This document shows positions 8,504-18,281 of a stretch of DNA of 53,973 nt, in pieces. The stretch is from Candidatus Altimarinota bacterium. Lineage in GTDB: Bacteria > Patescibacteriota > Gracilibacteria > JBDHUY01. How positions within the stretch are numbered: position 1 is the first letter of the stretch; every line of letters starts with the position of its first letter. The position numbers and the translations under genes are program-made. The stretch spans positions 1 through 53,973 of the forward strand of contig JBDHUY010000014.1 of NCBI GenBank assembly GCA_039809385.1, written 5' to 3'. The notes beneath the pieces are model-generated. The model was not told where the DNA came from. It searched no databases and worked only from the letters and a program-made list of their open reading frames with translations.

Positions 8504-11089
8504 TTAACTGAATACCAGCTCTTCTTTTTTCAAATGCTTTTTGATTTTGACATGACTTCCATCCTTGATGTCATCGGCTAAGATTCGTTCGGTCAGATTG
8601 TCTTCAAGCCATTCTTCGACGTTTTTACGCACCGCCCGGGCGCCGTGTTCGGGCTGGTACGATTTCTGTGCCAGAAATTCAACCGCTTTTTTGTCGAGGG
8701 TAATTGATATCTGCCGCGATTCGAGTAAGCGTTTTTGCAGCTCTTTTACCTCCAACTCTACGATCTTCATCATATCCTCTTTATTGAGAGGTCGAAATAC
8801 TACGATTTTGTCTACCCGGTTCAGGAACTCGGGACGGAACAGATCTTTCAAATTCCCTATCACATCCTGTTTGATCGTTTCGAAATGATGTTCTTCTTTT
8901 TCCAATTCGCTGGGTGAAAGACTGAAGCCGATGTGCAGCGCCTGCTGGCTGAACCGTTCGGCGCCGAAATTGGAGGTCATCACGATAATCGTATTGCGGA
9001 AATCGACTTTGCGCCCCTTCGCATCGGTCAAGTATCCGTCTTCGAGAATCTGCAGCAGCATGTTGAATACTTCCGGATGGGCTTTTTCGATCTCGTCGAA
9101 CAGAACCACGCTGTAAGGTTTTTTATGTACCATTTCGGTCAGTTGTCCGCCCTCATCATACCCGACGTACCCGGCGGTCGCGCCTACCAGACGCGAAGTG
9201 TTGTGCCGTTCCATAAACTCGCTCATGTCGATTTTAATCAGGGCGTCTTCGCGTCCGTAGACTTCTTTGCAGAGCGTTTTGACCAGAGAGGTTTTGCCCA
9301 CGCCGCTGGGACCCAAAAACAGAAACGAACCGATCGGACGATTCGGATTGCTGATTCCGGCGCGGTTGCGGCGGATCGATTTTGCGACCGCCCTGATCGC
9401 GTCGGTTTGACCGATAATATGACTGCCTAATTGTTCTTCCAGTTTATTCAGCGACTGTATTTCGGTTTTTACCAGCTTGGCAACCGGTACTCCGGTCATG
9501 TCCGAAATAACCTTGGCAATATCTTCTTCGGTCACCTGGATTCTGAGATCCCGCGGAAAATTTTTCTTGGCCTTGAGTTCTTTCAATTTTTCCTGCAGAG
9601 CCACTTCTTCTTCGCGCAGTTTGGCGGCCTGGTCGTAGTCCTGCGCCGCAACCGCGTTCTCTTTGCTGCGGACGATTCCGGCCAGTTTTTCTTTGAGTTT
9701 ACGGATCTCTTTGAAATCGCGGTCGTAGCCTTTGACGGCTTTTAACGCCATAGCTTCGTCCAAGACATCAATGGCCTTATCGGGCAGATATCGGTCGCTG
9801 ATGTAACGTTTGGCCAGTTTGACCGCAGCGGTTGCCGCGTTTTCGCTGATAACCAGATTGTGATATTCTTCAAATGACGAAGCGAGCCCTTTGATGATGG
9901 CTATCGCGTCGGCTTCGCTAGGTTCTTCGACTGGAATCGGCTGTAAACGACGTTCCAGCGCCGGGTCTTTTTCGACATATTTGCGGTACTCCTTGACCGT
10001 CGTGGCGCCGATTAGTTGAATTTTACCGCGTCCCAAAGCCGGTTTCAGGATATTGGCCGCATCCAGACTACCTTCGGCACTCCCCGCGCCGATCAGCGTG
10101 TGCATTTCGTCGACAAATAAGATAACTTCGTTTTCGGCTTTGACCGCTTCGTCGATTACTTGTTTGATCCGTTGTTCGAATTCGCCGCGGTACTTTGTCC
10201 CGGCGATCAGGCTGGCCAGATCCAGGGCCAGTACGCGTTTGTCCATCAGGGAAGCCGGAACGTCTTCTTTTGCGATGCGCTGCGCCAGGCCTTCGACGAT
10301 CGCGGTCTTTCCGACTCCCGGTTCTCCGATCAATACCGGGTTGTTCTTGGTTTTTCGATTTAAAATATTCACCATGCGTTCAACCTCTTTGTCCCGCCCG
10401 ATCACCGGATCCAGTTTGTTCTCCCGTGCTTCCTGCGTCAGGTCGATCGTAAAATAATCCAGCGCCGGGGTTTTGGAAGGAGCTTCCTGGGGACCTTCGC
10501 CCTCTTTGTGACGAAAAGCTTCTTTCATATCGCCCTGGTAAGGATTGACCGAAAAGATAACACCATTGAGTGACGAGAGCATTTTTTCCAGCGGATTGAG
10601 AAACGAAGCCATGGCATTTTTGTACTGCTCGGTCTGCTGAAACAGCTCTTCGAGACGGCTCTTTATCTCGTCGATGCTGATTTTCATGTTTTCCAGAATC
10701 ACGGTGGCGGCCGTTCCTTTTTGCAAGACCAGCCCCATCAGGAGGTGTTCGGTCCCGACGTAACTGTGATGATACTTTGCGGCCGAGCTGACGGCTTCCT
10801 CGATCGCTTTTTTAGCGAAATCGCTCAGCTCGACGCGGGTCATTTTATTCCCGCCGCCGCCTGTATCCGTAGAACGGTTTTGCGAGGATTGCTGGATAAC
10901 CATCCGCACATTTTTGAGTGAAACACCGAAACTATTCAGTACGGCAAATCCCAGCGTGTTGTTCTGTTGCAGAATGCCGAGCAGAATATGCTCGGTGCCG
11001 ATATAGCCGACGCCTTCGTTTTTAGCTTCCTGTTCAGCGGTGATCAAGGCTTTTTTGGCTTCTTCGGTAAAACGGTCGAATTGTCCCAT
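8504..11089 (-). CDS. clpC: ATP-dependent Clp protease ATPase subunit ClpC
   Basis: Double Clp-N repeat, two AAA+ modules ([16 protein letters not shown]), UVR-like middle domain and IGF loop. Confidence 0.95.
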   Translation of the reverse strand: MGQFDRFTEEAKKALITAEQEAKNEGVGYIGTEHILLGILQQNNTLGFAVLNSFGVSLKNVRMVIQQSSQNRSTDTGGGGNKMTRVELSDFAKKAIEEAVSSAAKYHHSYVGTEHLLMGLVLQKGTAATVILENMKISIDEIKSRLEELFQQTEQYKNAMASFLNPLEKMLSSLNGVIFSVNPYQGDMKEAFRHKEGEGPQEAPSKTPALDYFTIDLTQEARENKLDPVIGRDKEVERMVNILNRKTKNNPVLIGEPGVGKTAIVEGLAQRIAKEDVPASLMDKRVLALDLASLIAGTKYRGEFEQRIKQVIDEAVKAENEVILFVDEMHTLIGAGSAEGSLDAANILKPALGRGKIQLIGATTVKEYRKYVEKDPALERRLQPIPVEEPSEADAIAIIKGLASSFEEYHNLVISENAATAAVKLAKRYISDRYLPDKAIDVLDEAMALKAVKGYDRDFKEIRKLKEKLAGIVRSKENAVAAQDYDQAAKLREEEVALQEKLKELKAKKNFPRDLRIQVTEEDIAKVISDMTGVPVAKLVKTEIQSLNKLEEQLGSHIIGQTDAIRAVAKSIRRNRAGISNPNRPIGSFLFLGPSGVGKTSLVKTLCKEVYGREDALIKIDMSEFMERHNTSRLVGATAGYVGYDEGGQLTEMVHKKPYSVVLFDEIEKAHPEVFNMLLQILEDGYLTDAKGRKVDFRNTIIVMTSNFGAERFSQQALHIGFSLSPSELEKEEHHFETIKQDVIGNLKDLFRPEFLNRVDKIVVFRPLNKEDMMKIVELEVKELQKRLLESRQISITLDKKAVEFLAQKSYQPEHGARAVRKNVEEWLEDNLTERILADDIKDGSHVKIKKHLKKEELVFS

Positions 11090-11327
11090 AGAAAAAATAA
11101 TTATGAAGGATGAATTATTAATGATAGATGCGGGAGTGTGATTTTTTGTCCTTATCTAGTATACCTTTTTTGAGGTGGTTTTGTAGCAAAATTCAAATGA
11201 CAAATACCAAAAGAATGTCAAAGTTTGAAGCTCAAATGTCAAAATTCCTGCCATGTATATATAGAAGCTTTCTGTGAACTACCAATTGTTAGTAACTTTA
11301 ATAAGTTTCCTTTCTTGGGCTGTTGAC

Positions 11328-11354
11328 TTAGCACTGTCGATTATAGAGTGCTAA
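11328..11354. promoter_or_regulatory. CIRCE element (HrcA operator)
   Basis: TTAGCACTG-N9-GAGTGCTAA, one mismatch to TTAGCACTC-N9-GAGTGCTAA. Confidence 0.9.
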
Positions 11355-11368
11355 ATCGTATGTGTCAA
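11340..11368 (-). promoter_or_regulatory. Consensus sigma70 promoter for clpC
   Basis: Minus strand TTGACA (11368-11363), 17 nt, TATAAT (11345-11340); -10 lies within the CIRCE spacer. Confidence 0.85.
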
Positions 11369-11581
11369 GACCCCATCGTATTTTTATTTTTGTAATACGT
11401 TCATTTCATAGTATCACACAATCGACAAAAATGCCAAAAGAAGAGTTTGGAGTTGGGAGAGGGGAGAATGGAGGAGGGGCAGGGCGGTCAGTTAAAACAA
11501 AACGAAATTCCTTGCCTCCGTCCCTGATAAACGGGCTGGGGAGTCAGGATCAGCGCATAGCAATCACAGATACCAGATACC

Positions 11582-12304
11582 TTATACCCCATACTCTCTT
11601 CCCTCCAGTATCGGTCGTACGATCTCCCATATTTTGTCGCCGATGGTTTCAATCGAAAGCATCTTGTTATTTTCGGTGCAGCGTACTTCGCGCCAGTAGT
11701 CGTATTTTTCTACAAGCGAACAAGCACGTTGATAACTAGAGTGCATAAAATCGTCGTTCTCTTCGTGAATGTCGCGTTTTACGTCGATATTCAGTTTGAG
11801 CTGTTTGCCTTTCCGGCTTTTTACCAGTTTCTGACTGACAGTCGGAGGAACGTTGAGAAAGAGGACTACATCGGGACGGGGAATCCTGAGGATTTCGAAT
11901 TCGAGGTTGTCCAGCCAGTTCAGGAAAGTTTCGAGTTCGCGGGGATCGTGAATCTTGCCGGCTTGGTGGATCTGATTGCCGGACACGTATCTATCTACGA
12001 CCACAATCCTGCCTTCCTGGAGCCACGCGTTTATTTTCTTTTTGGCGGCATAGCGGTCCATGGCGTAAAAAAGCGACGCTTCATAGGGGCCGGCTTCTTC
12101 CAGATTCCCGTATTCGCCTTGTAAATAGCGTTCGATAAACCCGGCCGAATACTCTCCGTATTGAGGAAATTTAATAAACGCGGTTGGGTACTTTTCCGCC
12201 TCTAGCCGTTTGAGCAGCCTTTCGACCTGGGTCGATTTGCCGCTGCCGTCGGTGGCGTCGAAGACGATGAGTTTTCCTGTGCGCAGCTTTTTGAATGATT
12301 CCAT
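11582..12304 (-). CDS. tmk: Thymidylate kinase
   Basis: DATDGSGKSTQ P-loop, FPQYG, LFYAMDR, DRYVSG and PDVVLFL. Confidence 0.92.
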   Translation of the reverse strand: MESFKKLRTGKLIVFDATDGSGKSTQVERLLKRLEAEKYPTAFIKFPQYGEYSAGFIERYLQGEYGNLEEAGPYEASLFYAMDRYAAKKKINAWLQEGRIVVVDRYVSGNQIHQAGKIHDPRELETFLNWLDNLEFEILRIPRPDVVLFLNVPPTVSQKLVKSRKGKQLKLNIDVKRDIHEENDDFMHSSYQRACSLVEKYDYWREVRCTENNKMLSIETIGDKIWEIVRPILEGREYGV

Positions 12305-12320
12305 AGGCAATGATGGTGGG

Positions 12321-12349
12321 GCTGACAGCGAACAGCTTACAGCTGACAG
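12321..12349. repeat. Heptamer array (CNNACAG x4), left arm flanking the four-helix-bundle gene
   Basis: G CTGACAG CGAACAG CTTACAG CTGACAG. Confidence 0.85.
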
Positions 12350-12363
12350 GGATACAAAATATC

Positions 12364-12723
12364 TTATTGTCTCAGCTTGGAAATAAAACGTGATAGCATT
12401 TTGCGGATCTCTTCGATCAGGATAAGCGCGTTATTCCATAATGCCAAGTTTTTAACAAATGCTTGTCTATGTGCGATCAATAAATGAGTTTCAAGTTCGG
12501 CTAAAGAGCTTTTGGCGATAACAAGAAAACTGGCAAAGTCTTTGTCGGTGCTTCGTTCGCTGCCCTCGGCAATGTTTGCCGGGACCGATACTGCACTACG
12601 ACGAGTCTGATTGGTTAATCCGAATAGTTCACTTTTTGGATAGTCTTTGGTTATACCATAAACAATATCCACTAATTCCATGGCTTTTTTCCATACTGTA
12701 AAATTTTGATATTTCGAGGCCAT
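12364..12723 (-). CDS. Four-helix-bundle protein (23S rRNA IVP / TIGR02436-like family)
   Basis: VWKKAMEL..IVY..T..YPKSELFGLTNQ.RRSAVSVPANIAEG...SLAELETHL. Confidence 0.93.
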   Translation of the reverse strand: MASKYQNFTVWKKAMELVDIVYGITKDYPKSELFGLTNQTRRSAVSVPANIAEGSERSTDKDFASFLVIAKSSLAELETHLLIAHRQAFVKNLALWNNALILIEEIRKMLSRFISKLRQ

Positions 12724-12745
12724 ATGTGTATTTAAAAAACTCTCT

Positions 12746-12775
12746 GCTGTGAGCTGTAGGCTGTTTGCTGTAAGC
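12746..12775. repeat. Heptamer array (CTGTNNG x4), right arm, inverted relative to 12321-12349
   Basis: G CTGTGAG CTGTAGG CTGTTTG CTGTAAG C. Confidence 0.85.
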
Positions 12776-13209
12776 TAACTCCCTGTGCTCCCGAATCCGC
12801 CGCGGTTTTCGGCGTCCATGGTTTCCACGACGTTCCACTCGGCGCGGTCGACGCGTACGAATACGGCCTGTCCGACGCGTTCGCCGCGTTCCACGACCAC
12901 GGGCTGGTCGGTATAGTTAAAAACCTGAAAGAGAATTTCGTCCCGGGGGCCGCAGTAGTCCTGATCGATGACGCCGGCGGTAGGGAGCAGGCCTTTTTTA
13001 CTAGCGGTGCTGGAGCGATCTCGTATATTGAGCATATACCCTTCCGGGACTTTGATGATCAAATTGGTGGGAATGCGGGCGATTTTTCGTGGTTCTATGG
13101 TAAGTGTTTCCCGCGAATAGAGGTCGAAGGCAACAGCGCCTTTGGTTTGGTATTCGGGGAGAGGTAGGGTAGAATCTACGAGGTGGATGTCTATTTTCAG
13201 CGGTTGCAT
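12775..13209 (-). CDS. dut: dUTP diphosphatase (trimeric dUTPase)
   Basis: AFDL, RSS, GVIDQDY and RGGFGSTG motifs. Confidence 0.95.
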   Translation of the reverse strand: MQPLKIDIHLVDSTLPLPEYQTKGAVAFDLYSRETLTIEPRKIARIPTNLIIKVPEGYMLNIRDRSSTASKKGLLPTAGVIDQDYCGPRDEILFQVFNYTDQPVVVERGERVGQAVFVRVDRAEWNVVETMDAENRGGFGSTGS

Positions 13210-13351
13210 ATTGTTAGGGGTAATTATGAAAGTATGTTGTTAGTTGGATTGTACTAAAATGGTCGCCTGCTGCAAATAAGAACAAATATTTGACAAGAAA
13301 TCGCAAAAGAATAAAATCACTTCTCTTGTTTTTGTTATTCATTCTTGCATT

Positions 13352-14533
13352 ATGGAATCTCCAAACAATGGTAACGTAGCTGCTGATGATCTGCGTCCTC
13401 AGTGGGTACACGATCTTGAAAAAGCCAACTTTAATCTTGCTGAGGAGCTCCCGAAATTAGCACAACATTGGTATACATGTTCGTTTTGTTCTCAGGGGTT
13501 CGTTGATACGTCTAATCCATTTTGTGAGTCAACATTTCAATGGAAAGCTTATTTTGAAGAAAATGTGTTTTCCAACAAAACTTCGGATCAGGTAGTCCGG
13601 GAGATAGCCACGCTTCCAGATGCGTGTAAGCCGTTGCTCTTTATCTGGTATGGTATGAGTTTGGCCAAACCTGTGAGGAGTGATTCTTCTGTTGCTACGC
13701 AACTACAGCAGAAATTAGATGATGCAAATGCTATAGGTCAAGAAAACAACATACTGCGCAATTCAATTCAAGCATTGACTGAACAAAATGCTATTTTACA
13801 CCGCCGTTCACAACAATTAGATGCTTTATTTACTATCCTTAATGAATTGTTGCAATCAAATGCACACCTTCGTGAATCTGTAGCACGATGGCATGGTACT
13901 ACAGATGCACCTATCAAGGCTCCAGAGTTGATGAGATATGTTACACGGTATGTAAATGAGTTATCAGAAGCATTGAGAAAATCAGAACAGAGTTTTGTGG
14001 ATGAAAAAGGCAGGGGTGAGACCCTGAGCAAACAGAATAATGAGTTGGTAGAATTACAAAAGACAGTACAGGAAAAACTTTATGAAATTTTTGACTCAAT
14101 AGTCTTGGCTCTTCAAGTAGTTCTTGATATTCAAAATCCTTCTTCGGTATACCCTCAGTTACAACAGCTTGTTGGAAATCTTCAGCTACAAGCTAGAGGT
14201 TTTTCCGACCTTTTTAACGATCAAGGATTTACCTCCTTATTCTCTGGATTGGAGGACAAGATTCGTAACGCGTCTCCTCGTTCAAAAAGTGAATTATCGA
14301 CTGAGACGCTTGAGCATGTTGATAATCCCGAAAGAATCAGGGAGCTTTTTTCAATTCTTTCAATATTGTTAGAAGCACTTTCAAAAAAAACTTTCACATC
14401 ACTAACGTTCGATGAACTACAAGCTCTGACATTATCTTTAGAGCCCACACTGAACCTTATCGATAAGAATATCATTTCCGATGAAGAGAAAGAATTAATC
14501 AGGAGGCTGATCGTAGCTCTGCGGACCAAGTAG
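13352..14533 (+). CDS. Hypothetical coiled-coil protein (AT-richer orphan)
   Basis: 393-aa ORF, heptad-rich Q/E/L composition, N-terminal CxxC; promoter TTGACA-N16-TAAAAT at 13290-13317. Confidence 0.75.
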   Translation: MESPNNGNVAADDLRPQWVHDLEKANFNLAEELPKLAQHWYTCSFCSQGFVDTSNPFCESTFQWKAYFEENVFSNKTSDQVVREIATLPDACKPLLFIWYGMSLAKPVRSDSSVATQLQQKLDDANAIGQENNILRNSIQALTEQNAILHRRSQQLDALFTILNELLQSNAHLRESVARWHGTTDAPIKAPELMRYVTRYVNELSEALRKSEQSFVDEKGRGETLSKQNNELVELQKTVQEKLYEIFDSIVLALQVVLDIQNPSSVYPQLQQLVGNLQLQARGFSDLFNDQGFTSLFSGLEDKIRNASPRSKSELSTETLEHVDNPERIRELFSILSILLEALSKKTFTSLTFDELQALTLSLEPTLNLIDKNIISDEEKELIRRLIVALRTK

Positions 14534-14598
14534 CCGTGACTCATATGTGCTTGTCGACGGGCTCCCCTCTAGAAGGAGATCGGGGATTTCTTTCTCCG

Positions 14599-16245
14599 TT
14601 AATATACTGCTTCCCGGTAACATTGTTCGCAATACACGATTTCGGGCCGTTCGGGCGCGTAGCTGGTTTTTATCGGAGCGGTACATTTCATGCAAGTACG
14701 CTCCCACAGTTTCCGTGGATTGATCCGCTGCATACGGTTTTTAAAACGGCATTCCGGACACCGTTTAGGTGCGGGTAAGTGCCGATCCTGATAGAACCGC
14801 AGTTCCTGCGAGACGATTTTATAGTTTCTGGCGCACTGTTCGCACGTCAAAATCTGCGTCGTAATTTCGGGTTTCACGTCGTCGATCGAATCCGGAATCT
14901 CGACCTTCGGCCCCTGATACCGATTCGTCAGATCTTCGTCTTTCCAGCGCCCATTCCTGGCTGTAATATCGGGTTTGTTCGTCGGAAAATAATCCTGCGC
15001 GATACTTTCGTTATACGCAAACGGCGATAGTCTGATTGGAAAAAATTCTCCCCATTCGCTTGTCCTGGTCATATGTTCACTAATTTGCCGGACCAGTTTT
15101 TCATACTCTTCTCTTGTATACTGTCTGTTTAAGATGCAATACTGTCCTTTTTGCATTCCGACACAGCCAAACAAGTTTTCGGAAAACATACACATCACGC
15201 AATAGGACAGGTACTTCGAACCGCGACAGATTGATGTAAAACGGTTCTGGTAGGCTTTGTCGCCGGTAGCTTGTACCTCATAGAGCAGCTCGCCGGTACG
15301 TCCCCAGGTCATTACATCATAGCAGTCTTTCGCTTCTTGGAGCTGATAGCAAAATTTACTGTCTTGTATGTCCTTACAGTCGAAACAGGTATGAGCGTTG
15401 TTGCAGTTCTGTAAATCATTCCCGGAAATATCCTCATTGTTTTCGCCGATAAAGTACCGCATCGGAAATTTTAACCGGTGTTTATTAAAAAAATCCTGAG
15501 CCTTGTCAACCAGAACCGAATTGCCCATATCGAATTCTTTCAGCTTTGCGAAGTAAGCTTCGCGACTGAGTTGTTCATTTAAGAAACAGTATTGTTTCTG
15601 ACGAAGATTGACACAGCCAAAACAGTCCGCACATCCAATACAGTTTTCCAGAAAGTAACTGTCGCGGCAGTTCTGTAAATTTTTGCTAAACGCGACGTTG
15701 TAACAGTTGTAGCATTCGACCGATTCGTAGCACAGTTCGCTGTTATAGACCGATATGCAGTCCAGGCAATTTCTACTGTTGTTGACCAGCCGGCCGTAAT
15801 AACAATCCTCACTATAATTGGAAGAGGCCATCAGGTAGCAGTTTTTAAGGTACGAGCTCCAGTTGTTATAGTCGCTGTTGGTACTGTCCAGATTGTACGA
15901 GAAAAGGAGCGGCGTCGCCCGCATCAGTTCGTCGAACTGTTCGAAGAACGATCTCGAGAAGTCAAACGGGCGTCCGGTCGTATGAGCATCCCATTTGTCC
16001 GACCACCAGCATTCTTTGCAATAGACCCGGTAGGGAATATCGGCGGCAAAAACCGAGACGATCTCCTTTTTGCAAAGATCGCATTTACGATTGTAGAGGC
16101 GCCGTTCGTTGCGCCAGACCAGTCGTCGTTGTTGCCGGCATTCGGGGCACAGAGTCGGAGCCGGGACTTCCATCTTTTGGTAAAATTTGTGATCGGTGTC
16201 GGTGATTTCAAAGCTGGTTAGGCAGTTAGGGCAGGTTTTATGCAT
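14599..16245 (-). CDS. Cys-rich zinc-ribbon/repeat protein, paralog 1
   Basis: 39 Cys in 548 aa by manual count; four CxxC pairs at each end; WWSD.W; repeated FGCV...YC.LN; EWGEFFP. Confidence 0.9.
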   Translation of the reverse strand: MHKTCPNCLTSFEITDTDHKFYQKMEVPAPTLCPECRQQRRLVWRNERRLYNRKCDLCKKEIVSVFAADIPYRVYCKECWWSDKWDAHTTGRPFDFSRSFFEQFDELMRATPLLFSYNLDSTNSDYNNWSSYLKNCYLMASSNYSEDCYYGRLVNNSRNCLDCISVYNSELCYESVECYNCYNVAFSKNLQNCRDSYFLENCIGCADCFGCVNLRQKQYCFLNEQLSREAYFAKLKEFDMGNSVLVDKAQDFFNKHRLKFPMRYFIGENNEDISGNDLQNCNNAHTCFDCKDIQDSKFCYQLQEAKDCYDVMTWGRTGELLYEVQATGDKAYQNRFTSICRGSKYLSYCVMCMFSENLFGCVGMQKGQYCILNRQYTREEYEKLVRQISEHMTRTSEWGEFFPIRLSPFAYNESIAQDYFPTNKPDITARNGRWKDEDLTNRYQGPKVEIPDSIDDVKPEITTQILTCEQCARNYKIVSQELRFYQDRHLPAPKRCPECRFKNRMQRINPRKLWERTCMKCTAPIKTSYAPERPEIVYCEQCYREAVY

Positions 16246-16292
16246 AAAGATTGAAACGGTTAGCGATTAGGGGGCAGTGGCTAGCATGAAAC

Positions 16293-16407
16293 AAAATCTA
16301 AATTCTAAATATCAATCCGCTGCGGACAAATTCTAAACTCTTGTTTTTCGTTTCAGATTTCGTATTGGTGATTTGTTTAGAATTTCGATATTTGAATTTA
16401 GGATTTT
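16293..16407. repeat. Inverted AT-rich heptamer arrays between paralogs 2 and 1
   Basis: Left AAAATCTAAATTCTAAATATC..AAATTCTAAAC matches the reverse complement of right GTTTAGAATTTCGATATTTGAATTTAGGATTTT. Confidence 0.75.
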
Positions 16408-16409
16408 CT

Positions 16410-18053
16410 CTAGTATACGGTTTTCTGATAACATTTTTCACAATAGACGATCTCGGGCCGGTCGGGCGCATAGCTGGTCTTTATCGGAGCGTTACATTGC
16501 ATGCAAGTTCGATCCCAGAGTTTGCGAGGGGTGCGCAGCGACATCCTTTTGGTATGACGGCACTCAAAACAGAAGCGCGGGATCGGCAGCTTCATCTCCC
16601 GGTAAAATTTCAGTTCCTGCGCAATAATCTTGTAATTCCTGTTACAATGCTCGCAGGTCAGTATCTCTTTCGTAATGCTGTCAGTGACTTCTTGGATATT
16701 TTCAGGGATTGACACAGGTGTCCCTTGGTATTTACTCTCGATGTCTTTCTCTTTCCAGAGCATACCAAACTGTATCGCCCGCTCTTTCGTCAGCGGAAAA
16801 TACTCCTGGGCCATGGTTTCGTTATAGGCAAAGGGAGAGAGTTGTACCGGGAAAAACTCACCCCACTCGCCGTTTTTCTTCATGTGTTCAATGATTTTCG
16901 GTACCAATTCCTCGTAGGCCTCTTTCGTGTACTGTTTATTCAAAATACAGTATTGCCGTTTTTTCAGCCCCACACATCCGAAACAATCCTGACATCCGAA
17001 ACAGGTGTCGCAATAGGTGAGATTCGTATTATCATTGAGGCATAAATGTGAAAACTTTATAGCATACCCCTGTACCGACAGACACTCATAACTGAGTTCT
17101 GCCGGGACGCCGTTAAACGTCATATCGTAACTGTCTTTGCAATTTTGCATAGTGAAAGCGAATTTGATATCCCGGGAATTTTTTACATCGAAACTGTACA
17201 GAACGTTTTTGCAGTTATACAGATGATCTCCGGTAGAATTTTCGTTATTGATCCCGTGCATATACAAATGCGGGTGTCTCATGAGAAGATCTCGCAGAAA
17301 GTTCTGTATTTTCATGCGATGTTCCTTTCTGCTGAAATCAAACAGAGCCAACTTTTTGAAATACTCTTCTTTCGAATGCGGTTGATTGAATATGTGGTAC
17401 TGCTTATTTCTTAATCCCACACATCCGAAGCAATCCTTACATCCTTTACAGTCCATGAGAAAGGCACTGTCGGTACAATTTTCGCAATCCTGTGAATACA
17501 TCACATGATAGCATTTCGTACAGTCAACACACTCGTATGTCAACTCGCAGGATAAGGCATAGAGCGATTCCATACAGTTTTCCGATTGCCATACAATATG
17601 ACCGTAATAGCAATCCCGGCTGCTCACGCATCCAAATGTCAGATAACAGTTTCGGCTGTTCATGACAATGTTGGAGTATTTCGAATTTTCTGATTGTATA
17701 TTCTGTACTGCGAATTTGGGCACTCTGTACAGGAGTCTTTTGTATTGATCAAAAAACGGTTTTTGAAAATCAAATTCCATTCCATAATCCAGACCGTCCC
17801 ACTGATCAGACCACCAGACTTCCAGGTCATATACGGGAAATGGCGTATCAGCATCGTACATCGAGATAATCTGTTTCCCGGTCAAATCGCACTTGCGATT
17901 ATAGAGGTGTCTAAAATTACGAAAACAGAGCCGACGCTGTTGCCGACATTCCGGACAGAGCGTGGGGGACGGAACGTTCATTTTTTTATAAAATGCCAAA
18001 TCAGAAACTGTTATTTCAAAGGACGATTGGCATTGTAAGCACAATTTTTGCAT
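16410..18053 (-). CDS. Cys-rich zinc-ribbon/repeat protein, paralog 2
   Basis: Collinear with paralog 1; start at MQKLCLQC (the ORF extension upstream is a REP). Confidence 0.9.
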   Translation of the reverse strand: MQKLCLQCQSSFEITVSDLAFYKKMNVPSPTLCPECRQQRRLCFRNFRHLYNRKCDLTGKQIISMYDADTPFPVYDLEVWWSDQWDGLDYGMEFDFQKPFFDQYKRLLYRVPKFAVQNIQSENSKYSNIVMNSRNCYLTFGCVSSRDCYYGHIVWQSENCMESLYALSCELTYECVDCTKCYHVMYSQDCENCTDSAFLMDCKGCKDCFGCVGLRNKQYHIFNQPHSKEEYFKKLALFDFSRKEHRMKIQNFLRDLLMRHPHLYMHGINNENSTGDHLYNCKNVLYSFDVKNSRDIKFAFTMQNCKDSYDMTFNGVPAELSYECLSVQGYAIKFSHLCLNDNTNLTYCDTCFGCQDCFGCVGLKKRQYCILNKQYTKEAYEELVPKIIEHMKKNGEWGEFFPVQLSPFAYNETMAQEYFPLTKERAIQFGMLWKEKDIESKYQGTPVSIPENIQEVTDSITKEILTCEHCNRNYKIIAQELKFYREMKLPIPRFCFECRHTKRMSLRTPRKLWDRTCMQCNAPIKTSYAPDRPEIVYCEKCYQKTVY

Positions 18054-18074
18054 ATAAATAGGTAGATATTGAAT

Positions 18075-18104
18075 TGTAGAGACGCGATTCGTCGCGTCTC
18101 TACA
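18075..18104. repeat. GTAG-type REP hairpin
   Basis: TGTAGAGACGCGA-TTCG-TCGCGTCTCTACA, 13-bp perfect stem. Confidence 0.88.
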
Positions 18105-18223
18105 CCCGGATAACATTGGCAGCTCGATCTAAGACAATAGTATATCCATTTTCTGAAAAAACGAAAATTCAGCATGTATGTATATGAATTATTTTATAGT
18201 AATCTTATGCAGGTATAAAGCCA

Positions 18224-18273
18224 TTGATTTACCATTTATTACCGGCTATAATTTCTGTAGAAAAGATTTTACA
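18224..18273 (+). promoter_or_regulatory. Sigma70 promoter of the TrmB gene with downstream palindromic operator candidate
   Basis: TTGATT-N17-TATAAT (18224-18252) then TGTAGAA-N4-TTTTACA (18256-18273). Confidence 0.55.
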
Positions 18274-18281
18274 ACAAACCA

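Noticed and set aside
12364-18053. Diversity-generating retroelement (Avd-like gene plus similar 3' ends of Cys-rich paralogs as TR/VR)
   Set aside because: No reverse transcriptase in the window; both similar segments are coding, and differences are mostly synonymous rather than adenine-specific
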